A stretch of DNA of 64,000 nt from Marsupella aquatica (taxonomy: Eukaryota; Plantae; Marchantiophyta), in contig OZ316893.1 of assembly GCA_973895155.1 (NCBI GenBank), positions 28,034,210 to 28,098,209 on the forward strand, written 5' to 3'. Position 1 is the stretch's first letter. Every line of letters begins with the position of its first letter. The translations under genes were made by a program, and so were the position numbers. This document shows, in pieces, positions 50,315-61,635 of this stretch. The notes under the pieces are model-generated. The model did no database searches and was not told the DNA's origin. It saw only the letters and a program-made list of their open reading frames with translations.

Positions 50315-53300
50315 AGAGGAGGAGAGGGGTAAGGACCGCTCGCAAGGAATGGTGGCTCATTTGCAAGCACGAACTGGGCAGACGACTACGGAAGGCTAAC
50401 TACTATCAGCTGCTTAGGCAAGCACTCTGGGCGGGAGCAGATACCAACGATCGAGTCAAGGAGGGTATGAGCAACGTCAATCAAGCGGCACATTTTTGGG
50501 GATGCCTGTTCGAACGGGCAACTAAGTACATTAAGACTTACAAGAATGAAGAATCGGAGAGAGCAGCTCGAGAATGGCAGGAGCTCGCTCGACTGTGGGA
50601 GCTGCAAAAGTCTGCCTTCTTAGGAGGAGAACTCATCAAGGCCGAGTTCTTGTGGACTCCTACTGCAAATCAGCTCAATGACCTTCTATTTTGCAAAGAC
50701 AAAATCGTTGGCATTTGGGAAGCCATCAACCGCTGCAACAACGCGCACTGGGAGTTGAAGGGTAGCACGGAAGGGTGGACGAAGGCAACTGTGCTAGGAG
50801 AAACATCCACGGCAGCCGAGATGAAGAGGAAAGGAAACAACAACAAAAAGGCCACCCCGGCAAAAAGAACTAGGTCGGCGGCACCAAGGAAGCCAGCAGA
50901 GCAGCAGAACAGGAGGCAGGGACAAGCCGAAGAGGAGGAGGTTGATCCCATCAATGCCATTCCAACAAAGGATGACACCTAGAAAGGCTGGGCGGCGACC
51001 CTACCAGAGGAAGTGCAATTACATTTTGCACGGGAGGAGGATGCATGCTTTACAGCCATGCAGACCAACAAGTATCAGGGCTTCATGGCCGGATCCGGCT
51101 TGGAAGCCTTTGTAAGATTACCATGGCTGAAGCCGGAGGTGCCGGACTCAGACTTATTAGAATTCGTGGGATCATGGGAACCCGAGACCAATTCCACGAG
51201 GGTGTATGGGAAGGATTTCTATCTCACTCCCCGGGTGATTGCCGAGGTGTTTGGCTTGCCGATGGGTAATAAGACCAAGGTTGATACCAGGAAGACCTTA
51301 CCTGACAAGGAGTTCCGGTCGTTCCCAGGACCATCAACGAAGAATGGCTTCTTCCGGAACACCTGCACCAACCCGCACATCGGAGAGATGATCGATTTCT
51401 TGCGGGTGACCATGTATTGTAACTTGCTGAGGGCAGAGATTGGCAAGGCTCAGGTCTACCTGGCAGAAAGGCCAGACCCAAGCCGGGATTACAACGGGTA
51501 CCTCCTCAACCAACTGAAGAAGATCTTGAAGGAGGAACAGCAGGTGATCGGCGTGGAAAGCGTGTCCCGGCTTGGCTATCACATGCCATTGTTGTGCCGG
51601 TATGCCAGAAGTCAAATCTTTGCCCCAGTACTTCCCCTATCGGCAAGGGCACTGGAGGAGGTTCCGGAGCAGAGGCCGGCAACAGAAGAGCCCAACTAGC
51701 CTGCCAGTCCTACGATCGAGCAGGTGTTTCGGCCCTGGAAAGAAGACTTGCCGATGCAACAATCAAGCATGCAGAATCTGCTGAAAATTGCTGGAGAAGG
51801 AGAGAACGGCACCTGCAATGGCACCGGCAACGGCAACGGCACCGGTACAGGACACTACCCTAGAGGCCGGCCTAAGCCAACTCAAGAGGGAAAACCCCTT
51901 TACCGGAGCCAAGGAGAGAAGGAGGCCGGAACACAAGCCGGGAGTTTGAATGTATGTGGGAGCCTCAAGCCCCGAATCGGAGGCAGAACAGCCTAAGGCT
52001 CCTTCCCGCGGAAAGTAGAGGGAGAGGACAGCCTGGAAACCAGAGGAGGAACCAGAGCCCGTGATCTGTGAGGCCGTTTTCATGACAGGACCAAGGGAAC
52101 AGAGGGGGGAGCCGGGAGTCCAAGCAATGGAGGAGGCGGTGGAGGACTACAGCAATGATAACTCCGGCTATGGGTCGGATCATCATGTTCCAGGAGTAAG
52201 GACCTGTGGCCGGTTTATCCCCACGCTTCCGAGAGTAGTTCGAGGGGACCCCACCCAACAGAGTAGCCCCGAGTCTCCCCCACCAAAGGTTGCTCCCCCG
52301 AGCTTTGATGGCATAAAGCAGACGGCACAAGATTTTCAGGAGCGACTTAGGGAGGAAGAGAAAGCAGCCCTGGCTAGGGAGAAAGATTTACCAGGAGGAG
52401 ATTGGCCGAAGGATATCAGGCGGCTTGCCGAAAATAGAAGCAACCCTCTTGCCACCGTAGAAGAAATCCGCAAGGCGGCTTGGGAACAGAGGCCGAGGTG
52501 GTTGATGCCGATGACTTCTACTTACTCCACCTATGCTAAAGATAGAGCCATGGAGTACGGGGTGATGTGTGGGGAACTTGCGCTCAGCATCTTTGGAGAG
52601 GAGTTGGAGCAGGGACCCTTTTTCCAGAGGGAGATGTTGGAGAAGCACCGATTAGAAGAAGCGGTGGCTTTGGAGAGAAGAAAGAAGGACGAGGTCATCC
52701 GACGGCTTAGGCAGATGGAAGCCAAGGTGGAAGACCTGCAGGCGGCCAAGAAAGCCCAAGATGAGCTACGGATTAAGCGGCATGAGCTAAACATCATGCA
52801 AGGAAATTGGATGCCGCTCAGTCTGGCAATCAGATTATCAAAGATAAACTAACTCGGACCCAAGGAGAGTTGGCTGGCGCGGTCAAGGACAGGGAAAAGT
52901 GGAAGCAGGAGCTGAGGGACGCAGAGGAGGCCCACATAATTGCCAACAACCGGGCCATGGTGGAGACTCAGAGAAAGGAGAGGGCGTTGAAAGGAGAGCT
53001 CGAGGATATCCGCGGAGCCCTTGAGCAGAAGGAGGCCGCGTTAGGGAAATCCTATCAAGGGATTATTGCGTTGCAGCAGGAGCTTGCGTCCCTGACGGCC
53101 AGATTCAAGGCCGACCTGCGTGAGAAGGACGACCAGCTCGACCAGACTTATGCCAAGATGAATAAGATGGAGTCTGAGGTTGTAACGGAGCTCGACAAGG
53201 AGCTAAGAGCAACCTAGGAGGAGAGGGCTACCTTAAAATTGGAATTGGAGGAAGCCAGAAAGGAGCTGCAGGAGGGACGGAAGGACCTAGAGGAAGCCCA

Positions 53301-54289
53301 GGAGGAGTTGGAGGAAACCACCAGGCAGATGGAGAACTTACAGCGGCGGGCCGACAACTAAACAAAGCGGCTGAAGAAACATGCCACAATATTTAAGTGC
53401 TTAGCTTCATCTGGTCCGATTCCAATTGTGGGAACTCCGTTACCAGGAGGGGTACTGGCCGAAGGACAAGCCGAGATACACGCCCCGGTGCCGAAGGTAG
53501 GTAGCAAGGGGAAGGGAGCAGCTACCGAAATAGGGAAGAAGAAGAAGTGGAAACCTTCTGGGTCTGGGAGTTATACGGCTTACCAAGCCGTTGTGACCCA
53601 GGAGGTCAACCCGGCACCAACCTCCGGCATGGTCACAACGGTAGATCCACCTGTTGAAGAAGGTGGGGATGGCAAGGCGGAGGTCGGGACAGCTATTGAT
53701 GAAGCCGAGGTACCGGATCCTCCACTAGACAGGGAGGCCAAAGCCGTATCGAAGGCCGATGTTGAGGCCGAAGCCGGGGGTGGACCCACTCAAGCCAATG
53801 AAAAGTTGACTCGGTCCGGGGCCGGTAATCTGTCAGAGGACGGACCGACAGCAGTGGTTGCGGGGGAAGCGTTGGGGGCGTCCATTGAGGATCCGCCACC
53901 AGTATCGTGACGGTGCAAGGGCACCGTTCCTTTTAGGAAGGGCGGACATGGAGGTAGGAGGCGTGAGTGGGTAGGGCGGGCTCAGATCTCCAAGTTTAGG
54001 ATTAGGATCAAGACCAGGAGACGGCCCTGACACTTAGATTAGTGGGATGGCGGATCCACTGGTAGGAGCAACACTTGTGCTCCTGCCTCGCTATACAGTT
54101 AGGTAGATTACAGGTAGGATAGATGAAGCTTACGCAGCAAAGTTCTGGACAGATCCGCTGCTAGGATAAATACCTGCGCAGCGGGGAGTCCAGGGCCTCT
54201 TCTTTAGCAAGTTTTTAGTTGCACCAGTAGGGCTGGGATCAAGTAGTAAGAGAAGCTCTCGGTTAGTTATACAATGACCCTTGTGTATA
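50315..54289 (+). repeat. Family-1 LTR copy, continuation of 25529-25755, with degenerate ORF to 53910; interrupted at 54290
   Basis: Colinear with 1-3808. Similarity stops at CCCTTGTGTATA. Confidence 0.9.
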
Positions 54290-55812
54290 TGTGAGATAAG
54301 GATGTTTATGAAAGAAGGGTTAATTAACCATAAATTTTAGAATTTTTACGTTTAAGATCTCAAATGAGGCTGAAGAGGGACCTGAAGACTACTTTGAAGT
54401 GGTATGAGACTTTCAAGCCCATCAGAGGTCAACCCACCCGGATTGATATTAGAGAAGGAGGATCGACCCGGAAATTTTTACTATAAGCCGTGATGAGATA
54501 TAAAAGCTTATACCGCGACTCTACTGAACAACAGCTGTCCATTGCCAAATTTTTTAAAACCATAAGTCAAACACAGGCACGACCAAAGCAGAATCCAGAT
54601 ATAAGGAAGGAGAGTCGATCCGGCCTCTCACACCTCTCAAAGCCGAACTTAGTAGGTTTTGAGCTCCCGAGCGCATTAGGCTGTTTAAACAGTAGAGTGA
54701 GGAGGCTCTACCCTTTTGGTAGAGGATCTTGGGTCCGGATTATAGGACCAATCTTGCATTGCATGATGAGAGCCTGGATATGAGGGTACTGACTGATTCA
54801 TTGTGAGGGGAATGCCTACTCCACCGCTGGAAGTGAAGGTAGGAAGTTTAAGATCTTGATTGTGGATACATCAGTTGTGAGAAGGGAGGCCAGGTCGACC
54901 TGGACATCACCGTTGCAGGCCCGATTGAGTCTAGCTTTTCCCCAAGTTAGATGCACCTGTATTTTGGTTGATGGAATCTTGATACACTTCTCCAGAAAAG
55001 CTCGTCAGTTGATCAGAAATGCTGCGGCCAGGTCGACCTGGACATTTCTACCAGTGGTCGACACCGAAGAGATTGAACATTCTGAAGCCGCATCATTGTA
55101 GAGCTCGCCGTAGAGGAGGCAGAACATTTACCAAAAATCAATTTGCTACTTCCAGAAATCCTATGGAGCAAGGGGCGGATCCAGCCGGAATATCCACTTC
55201 TCGCGTTTCTAAGGGGCATTCAACCTCAACATCACCTGCACCTACTCCGGTTAAAGCTCCTGTGAGACGATCAAAGAGAAAGGAGGTCCCCATTGCCATG
55301 CAAATTCTGAGGCCAGCTATTCATGATAGTGAAGCTGAGAAGGTCAAATTGAGGGAGTCTTTGCTCATGATGGGCTGTGAGTCTCTGATGGAGCTACCCT
55401 GGAGTTATCAGAGCTAAGATATGATCAGAGAGATCTGATCCAAGGAGTGTTTGGCTGAGTTTAAGGATACCTCCAGAGGCCGACCTGAGCGATGGACTCA
55501 GATGATGGTTGCAAGAGCTTTTGTATTGGAAGATGAAGGAGAAGGTCCAGTGGGGAGAGCTGTCAATCTAATCCTTCCTTACTTCAAAGGAGCCATCAAC
55601 AGTAAGGACGGGTTCAATGTTTCTAAGTGTTTGGATCTTGATTTGAAACGAGTCTTCAGCTTCCTGCTACCCCTGCTATATCCTGAGAAGCCACGAAGAG
55701 TTACTGTTGGAGTTGGCTCTACCATTGTTGCTGCTTACAAGGGAGAAAGAAAAGTCAACTGGGCTAAGCTTATCTTTGATTTGATAAGGAAGTTGGTATA
55801 GAACCTGTCCAA
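54290..55812 (+). mobile_element. 5' part of a probable third LTR family with an embedded ORF (55163 onward)
   Basis: Starts TGTGAG exactly where family-1 similarity ends. ORF LMELPW...MVARAFVL...KDGFNVSKC...VNWAKLI is loosely similar to the other LTR ORFs. Cut by the CACTA element, so its 3' end is not visible. Confidence 0.6.
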
Positions 55813-56210
55813 CACTAGTAGAAATACCCCCTATTTTTTACCAAACCACTATTGACTACTGTGACAAGGTTATGGAAGTTTAGGGTGTTATCACTACATA
55901 TGTCTTAAGTATCACTTCCACAAAGTTTCCACTCATTTGTTGCGACTCCTTTGCGATGTTGACTTTACCTACTCTTTTCAATCACTCATTCTTCAAGGTG
56001 CAAGGGACATTGTTCATGGTTCAAGGTTGTCCATGCACCTTTGAAGTTGGATGGGGGATACCACTTAATTACAACATCCCATCATAAGGAAAATGGCAGG
56101 TCCACTATCTAAGCTGATTGTCTTAGTTTAGGGTTCTTATGTGAGTGAGTGCTACTCACCAATTGCCAAACATTCAAGCTTTTTATGTGAGAAAGCTTCA
56201 AATAGTAGAG

Positions 56211-56340
56211 GTACCCCCTTACATGAGCCCCTTACATGTCACTGGCTGAGTACCTTAGTACTCTCCACCGTTGTGCAGTACCCCCTTACATGAGCCCCTT
56301 ACATGTCACTGGCTGAGAACCTTAGTACTCTCCACCCTTG
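56211..56340. repeat. Two tandem ~67-bp copies in the CACTA 5' region
   Basis: TACCCCCTTACATGAGCCCCTTACATGTCACTGGCTGAG..CCTTAGTACTCTCCACC occurs twice. Confidence 0.85.
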
Positions 56341-58675
56341 TGCGCGGGAGCAAATGTAGGGTCTTTGTCCGCAAAGAGGGTTTACAAAGGGGAGGGGAGG
56401 TGGAGCAAATGAGGCGACTCATTGAGAGGGGCGATCGATAGTCGATCAATCAAGGAGGGAACGAAGGTTTATGGAGAAACAATGGGATTCTTAGTGTGCA
56501 GTGAGTCAGGCTCTCTGTGATTTCAGGGAGGAGGAAGGGTTTGACACCACACTTGAAGCGACCTGACCACATTCAATCGGGTGCTGGGTGCGTTTGCAAG
56601 TGCTCCCTGAAGGCATTGCGGGGGCATTGCGGGAAATTTTAGGGTCGGACGCCAAGTTCGTGGTGCGGGGGTCTGTCTTCCTCCATTAGCTTTGTAAGTC
56701 TTTACCTCTTTGCCTTGCATAGCATTGGGAGATGAGAGGAGAGGAAGTGCTTCTTGCTCTTGCGGTCGAAGACTCTCTGTGATTGAAGGGAGGAGGAAGG
56801 GTTTAGGGCCACACTTGAAGCGCAACGTGACCACATTCACCCAGGTGCTAAGTGCGTCCATCTTCCGCCATTTGCTTGTTGGGTTGTTCTTCGGTCAAGA
56901 GGAGAACGAGCTAGAACAAAAACGCGCTGCGACATTGGAGCGGGCGACATTGGAAGTGCCGGGTTTAGGGTGTCAACTTGTATTCAAGACCGCTGATCTC
57001 TGGTGTGGTGTTGGGTGCGGCTGGTGTTCAGGCAGAGGTGAGAGGTCCCGTGCGACGCACTGTGGTGCTTCATTGTGCTCTGTTTGTACTCTGTTTGTTC
57101 ATCTTAACTCTGGAAAATTAATGACAGCAAAAACTATGGTTCATATATAGAAGGTTGTCCCTATTCGAGACCTCTCTTGCTGAATTCTCACCTCACTCTC
57201 TCTCGCCCTCTCTCTCGGTCTTGCTCTTCCATCGTGTCTCGCTCTTCCATTGTGTCCACTCTCTGTTGCAAATTTCTCTCTCTCGCGATCCTCAAGTACG
57301 TGTCATCATCTCTCCCTCTCTTATGCATGCCCATCACTATAGCAATCTCATGTCGGGGTCGGCGTCGAACTTGGATTTCACTATGGAAATGTAGATGGGA
57401 TCACAATATATTGTTGGCACTTTCATTCTGCTTCGGCTTGAATTGCTCTAATCTTATACACTAGTATTCTAGTGTGCAGAAGTGTTGTGCAGAACTAAGG
57501 TGGGGTGCGGGGGGTTTTTCTTTGCCTTTGCTGAGCTGTGATTTCAACTCAACGGTCCTGTCCTTAGTCGCTTAGTGCTTATTTGTGTCTTGCAACAACT
57601 TTTCAGACCTGCGCGCCTGCAATGCTTGTACTTTCAGAATCGCAGACTTTAGAGTATACTCTTGTACTGTCAATGACTAAATTAGAAGTTATTACGCGCG
57701 CCTACATGCTTCACTTGTGTCTTTGGAGGCTTTCGGATTAGAGGTTGCACAAAGCATGGATGTCATAGCCCTAAACTTCAAATTTTCCTGCATGCAATTC
57801 TACCTCTACATTCATGTTTCGGCAACAGGAAGAACGCAAAGGGAGCAGGTCACTCTTCCATTGACTACTTTGCCACTGTATGTATTCAATGTACAGGACA
57901 TTAGTCAAATGTGATACTCTATAATGTACTCCTCCACGAACAACTAATGAGCCACAGAACTGATGAGCCACACTCTGTTTGTGGCACTTGCAGATCATTT
58001 TTCCACCCGTTCGAGAGCTTTCTCTTTTGCCAAGCTAGGCACAAAGAAATCATTCCAGGGTTTTGTCAACTCCTGAGGTCTGTAATCACTCAGAGCCCTC
58101 TACATTGTCATTGCTTTGTCTTCACTGGTGGTCTCAGGGTCGAGCGTTTGTGCTGCTTATCCTCAAGTATGTACAGAAATCTCTCCCTCTCTTATGCATG
58201 CCCATCACTATAGCAATCTCAGGTCGGGGCCAGGGTCAAGCCAGGATTTCACTATGGAAGTGTAGACTAGATTTGGGTTATTTGATTGGATTTTATGTAT
58301 GGGGTGTCGATTGTATTCTACTGGCCTTCTTGCTGTGCTGAGCAATGTCCTGCTGTGGACTTTTGAATTCTTCTACTGGTTCCCCTTATTTTTGTGGCCC
58401 CCAAAATTTATAAAAATTAATGTGTGAAAATGCTAGCCCAACAATTGCCCACCTTTAATGGCAGAAATCGTTCAGTAATTGCCTGTGTACAATCTCAGAG
58501 TCCTAAACTTAAAATTTCCTCCATGCACACAACCCGTCTTGAATTTAGAACTTGAAATTACAGTTTCTCAAATCTTTGGTATTAATTCATAGTTTTAGTT
58601 TCTCATTCTTTGCATGCTTCACTACGTCACTGACTCTGGCCATATATTGTGTTGTTTTCTATCGGGGTAGAAGTC

Positions 58676-59398
58676 ATGGCTCGTCCAAAACGGTCAGCAC
58701 ACAGAGGCGGATCACAGGTGAGGCACGATTCCATGAGTAGACATCATCATTGGTCCAATGCACAAATTCATCAGAAAGCCGCTCATGTCTGTGCCATTTG
58801 TGACGATGGAGGTGACCTGGTCATGTGTGATGGCCCCTGCCTGAGACAATTCCATGTCAATTCCTGGTCCACTTATGCACCACAAAATGCATGCCCTGGG
58901 GTTGGGCTCCGGGGGGACCATCGGGGTGCTTGGACTTGCTTTGATTGTGCCACTAATATCAGCAAGTGTGCTCAATGTGGCACAAACGGCACTGTTGAGG
59001 GGGATCAACCAGAGCTGCGGAAATGTCCTGACAGGTTTTGTGTTCGTTTTTTTTGTTTGACATGCCTGCCCCATGATAACTCCCTTTGCCCACTACATAT
59101 TTGTCCTGCTTGTGGGGAGCCTGATGATGACTACTGGATAGACATGGTCCATTGTCCCAGATGTCCCACAGCCTGGCACCATGAGTGTTTACTAGCCCTT
59201 CAAGCAGAAGGGTATGCATGTGACCGCCAAATTTATTCCCACTCTGCACACGGGGTTGATAGGTGGTTTTTGTATTGCCACCTCCATACGATTGACCCTC
59301 ATTTGTAGACCCCTGCGAGAGACCACTTGACTTGGCTATTGCTGGATGACACCTCCAGCGCCAGCAACAAAACAAGTGGATCAGCACCAACAGGCTGA
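58676..59398 (+). pseudogene. EDM2/NSD-like composite PHD-finger cargo, premature TAG at 59306
   Basis: CAICDDGGDLVMCDGPCLRQFH, WTCFDC, CPLHICPAC, CPRCPTAWHHECL and LYCHLHTIDPHL*TPARDHL follow the EDM2 PHD layout. Confidence 0.75.
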
Positions 59399-60301
59399 GC
59401 TAAATGAATCCAACATTGCACATCTCACATTTTGGACTTTTTAATGAAGTGGGCACCTCACTGCGCTGTCAACCATAGCTCAGACACACCCCGCTATAGT
59501 GAGCTATCGATCGACTTTGTGACTGCATAGTAAATTTGGATCTTGCTTTTTCAGTTCAGCCATACATGGTTCTGTCCTTATACTTTCGTACACGATGACA
59601 CCTCCAAAACTAACTAAGTTAACTTATTTTTTGAAGACTGATTAAGTTAATTGCAATTTCAAAGTTAGGGCCTGCACAAGGATGTCTGTGTTTTTTCCAC
59701 TTTGAGTGAATCATGTGTATGGCAAGAGACCATAACTGTGAAAGACTAAAGATTCCAAGCAGACTGTTGCCTGGAGTAAAACAACATGCATGCATTGGAG
59801 TATGAAAATACATATATAGCTCAAATTATGTATTTGTTTCTGCTCTTAACAAAGGTCATCTTAAGTCGTGTGCCTGACCCATACATTTGTACAATTACAG
59901 ATGTGACTGGAAATTGGGCAGTTGAATGATATCATTCTCAGTCCCCACCACTGTCACGTAAGATACAGGTATTCGAATGTGAATTCAGGCTATATGCAGA
60001 CAAGACAATATAAAGGGCCACATGTATGCTATGTGTATACTGAAGTAGGCTGTCGCTCTACTTTCATCAATGTAATTACATGAACACATGGTGAAAATAA
60101 TTTGACTGAAGAGTATATGGTTTGTCCTATAACTCCGTGCTGGGATTTACTGCATGTATTGACTTTCGATCTTGTCATGTGTGCCACAATCAGGGAGCTA
60201 GAGTGCACTTTGTGTCATCAGAGAGCATTGGGCTGAAGCATTGAGGGACAGGCAACGCGGGCACTGGTATTTCTCTATTGGCTTTTATTACAGGAGGCAT
60301 C

Positions 60302-61228
60302 ATGCCTTCCAAACGGAAGCGTGAACTTGTCCCCCTTCCAACTTCCCAGTGTGCTCCCATCTTCCAAGGGGTCAGAGTCTTTTTTGTCCCAGGTATTCAG
60401 AGTGCAAGATTGGATATCCTTAGGAGAAAACTCATTGAGTGTCACGGTACAGAGACACAATCTCAACTACAGGACACTGAAGTCACCCATATTATTGCAG
60501 AAACATGAGAACATTGTCTGAAAATGGCATCTTGGTCGGTTTTCTATGACAAAGTCTTCTTGAGGCATGTCAAAATACTTTTAGCAGAATGGATGTCTGA
60601 CTCCCTTAGAAAAGGGAGTGTCCAAGATCCTGATGATTACAATTTGTTTGAGAGCAAGTACAATAGCGTCCAAATGATGAAAGACAGTCGAGATTGGCAC
60701 AAGGCTCATAGAATTGCAGGGAGAGGTGGGAGTAGGGTTCCGTCTATTGACCAGATCACAAAAGTATACAACAACATTATCCCATACGAGACAGAACCCA
60801 TCCCAGACTGTACCATGTTCAGAGGTGTGAGGGCTGTTATACTTGACAAGTCTATCAAGCCATATAGGGTCTGTCGTTTCAAGAGGGAGATCAGTAGAAG
60901 AGGTGGTACAGTGATTGAGAAGCTCACTAATGAGACCACCCATCTCATTGCTCATTCATATTCTAAGGCATGCCGAGAGTATGGAAAGTCCACAGTACGA
61001 TGGCTCATCACACATGGGCTGCGTGTGGTCTGCCCTGAATGGGTCAGGCAGTCACTTTCAACAAATATGCGATTAGATGAGCATAAATATGATTTATATG
61101 AAATATGGCCAGCAAAGCCATTCATTCCCTATGACGACCCAAAATATGTTACTTCTGAGTTCCAGACCACGGATGAAGAGTTTTCTGATAGTGCGTATGA
61201 TTCTGTTAGCCCTAAGATTATGAATAAG
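60302..61228 (+). pseudogene. Tandem BRCT-domain cargo, in-frame TGA at 60506
   Basis: IFQGVRVFFV...VTHIIAE...LLAEWMSDSL and MFRGVRAVIL...GGTVIEKLTNETTHLIA...VVCPEWVRQSL. Confidence 0.75.
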
Positions 61229-61635
61229 GTCTCAACTATCTGTATGCTAGACGGTTACATTTTTGAAATAAACTTTTGTGTGTTATTTTTTGTCTACAAG
61301 ACATTACTCCTTTTCATCCTCCAAATGTCTTGGTTTTGCATGTGGAGATGTATGGCAGTGTATGATGTACGTTGTACCATTGACTGGTCAACGACCAAGC
61401 ACTTCACTGATTATAGCAAGTCTATTATGATGTTGCTGCCTGCAGTGAGCAGATGATACGTGAGCAGGTCGGGCGCCAGCACAGAGCGAACTTGATAGTG
61501 AGTGTGTTTAGCGTCTATGATATTTCCTTCATGAAACTTGCATGTGTCCCCTCCATGTACTTAGAATATGCAATTGTATAAGCCTGTCTAGTGCAAAGGG
61601 TACATAGCCAAGGGGTGCCTACGACAGCTGAAGGT

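Noticed and set aside
56400-58600. Short ORFs in the CACTA 5' region
   Set aside because: No domains; the region contains local duplications and looks like leader/intron sequence.
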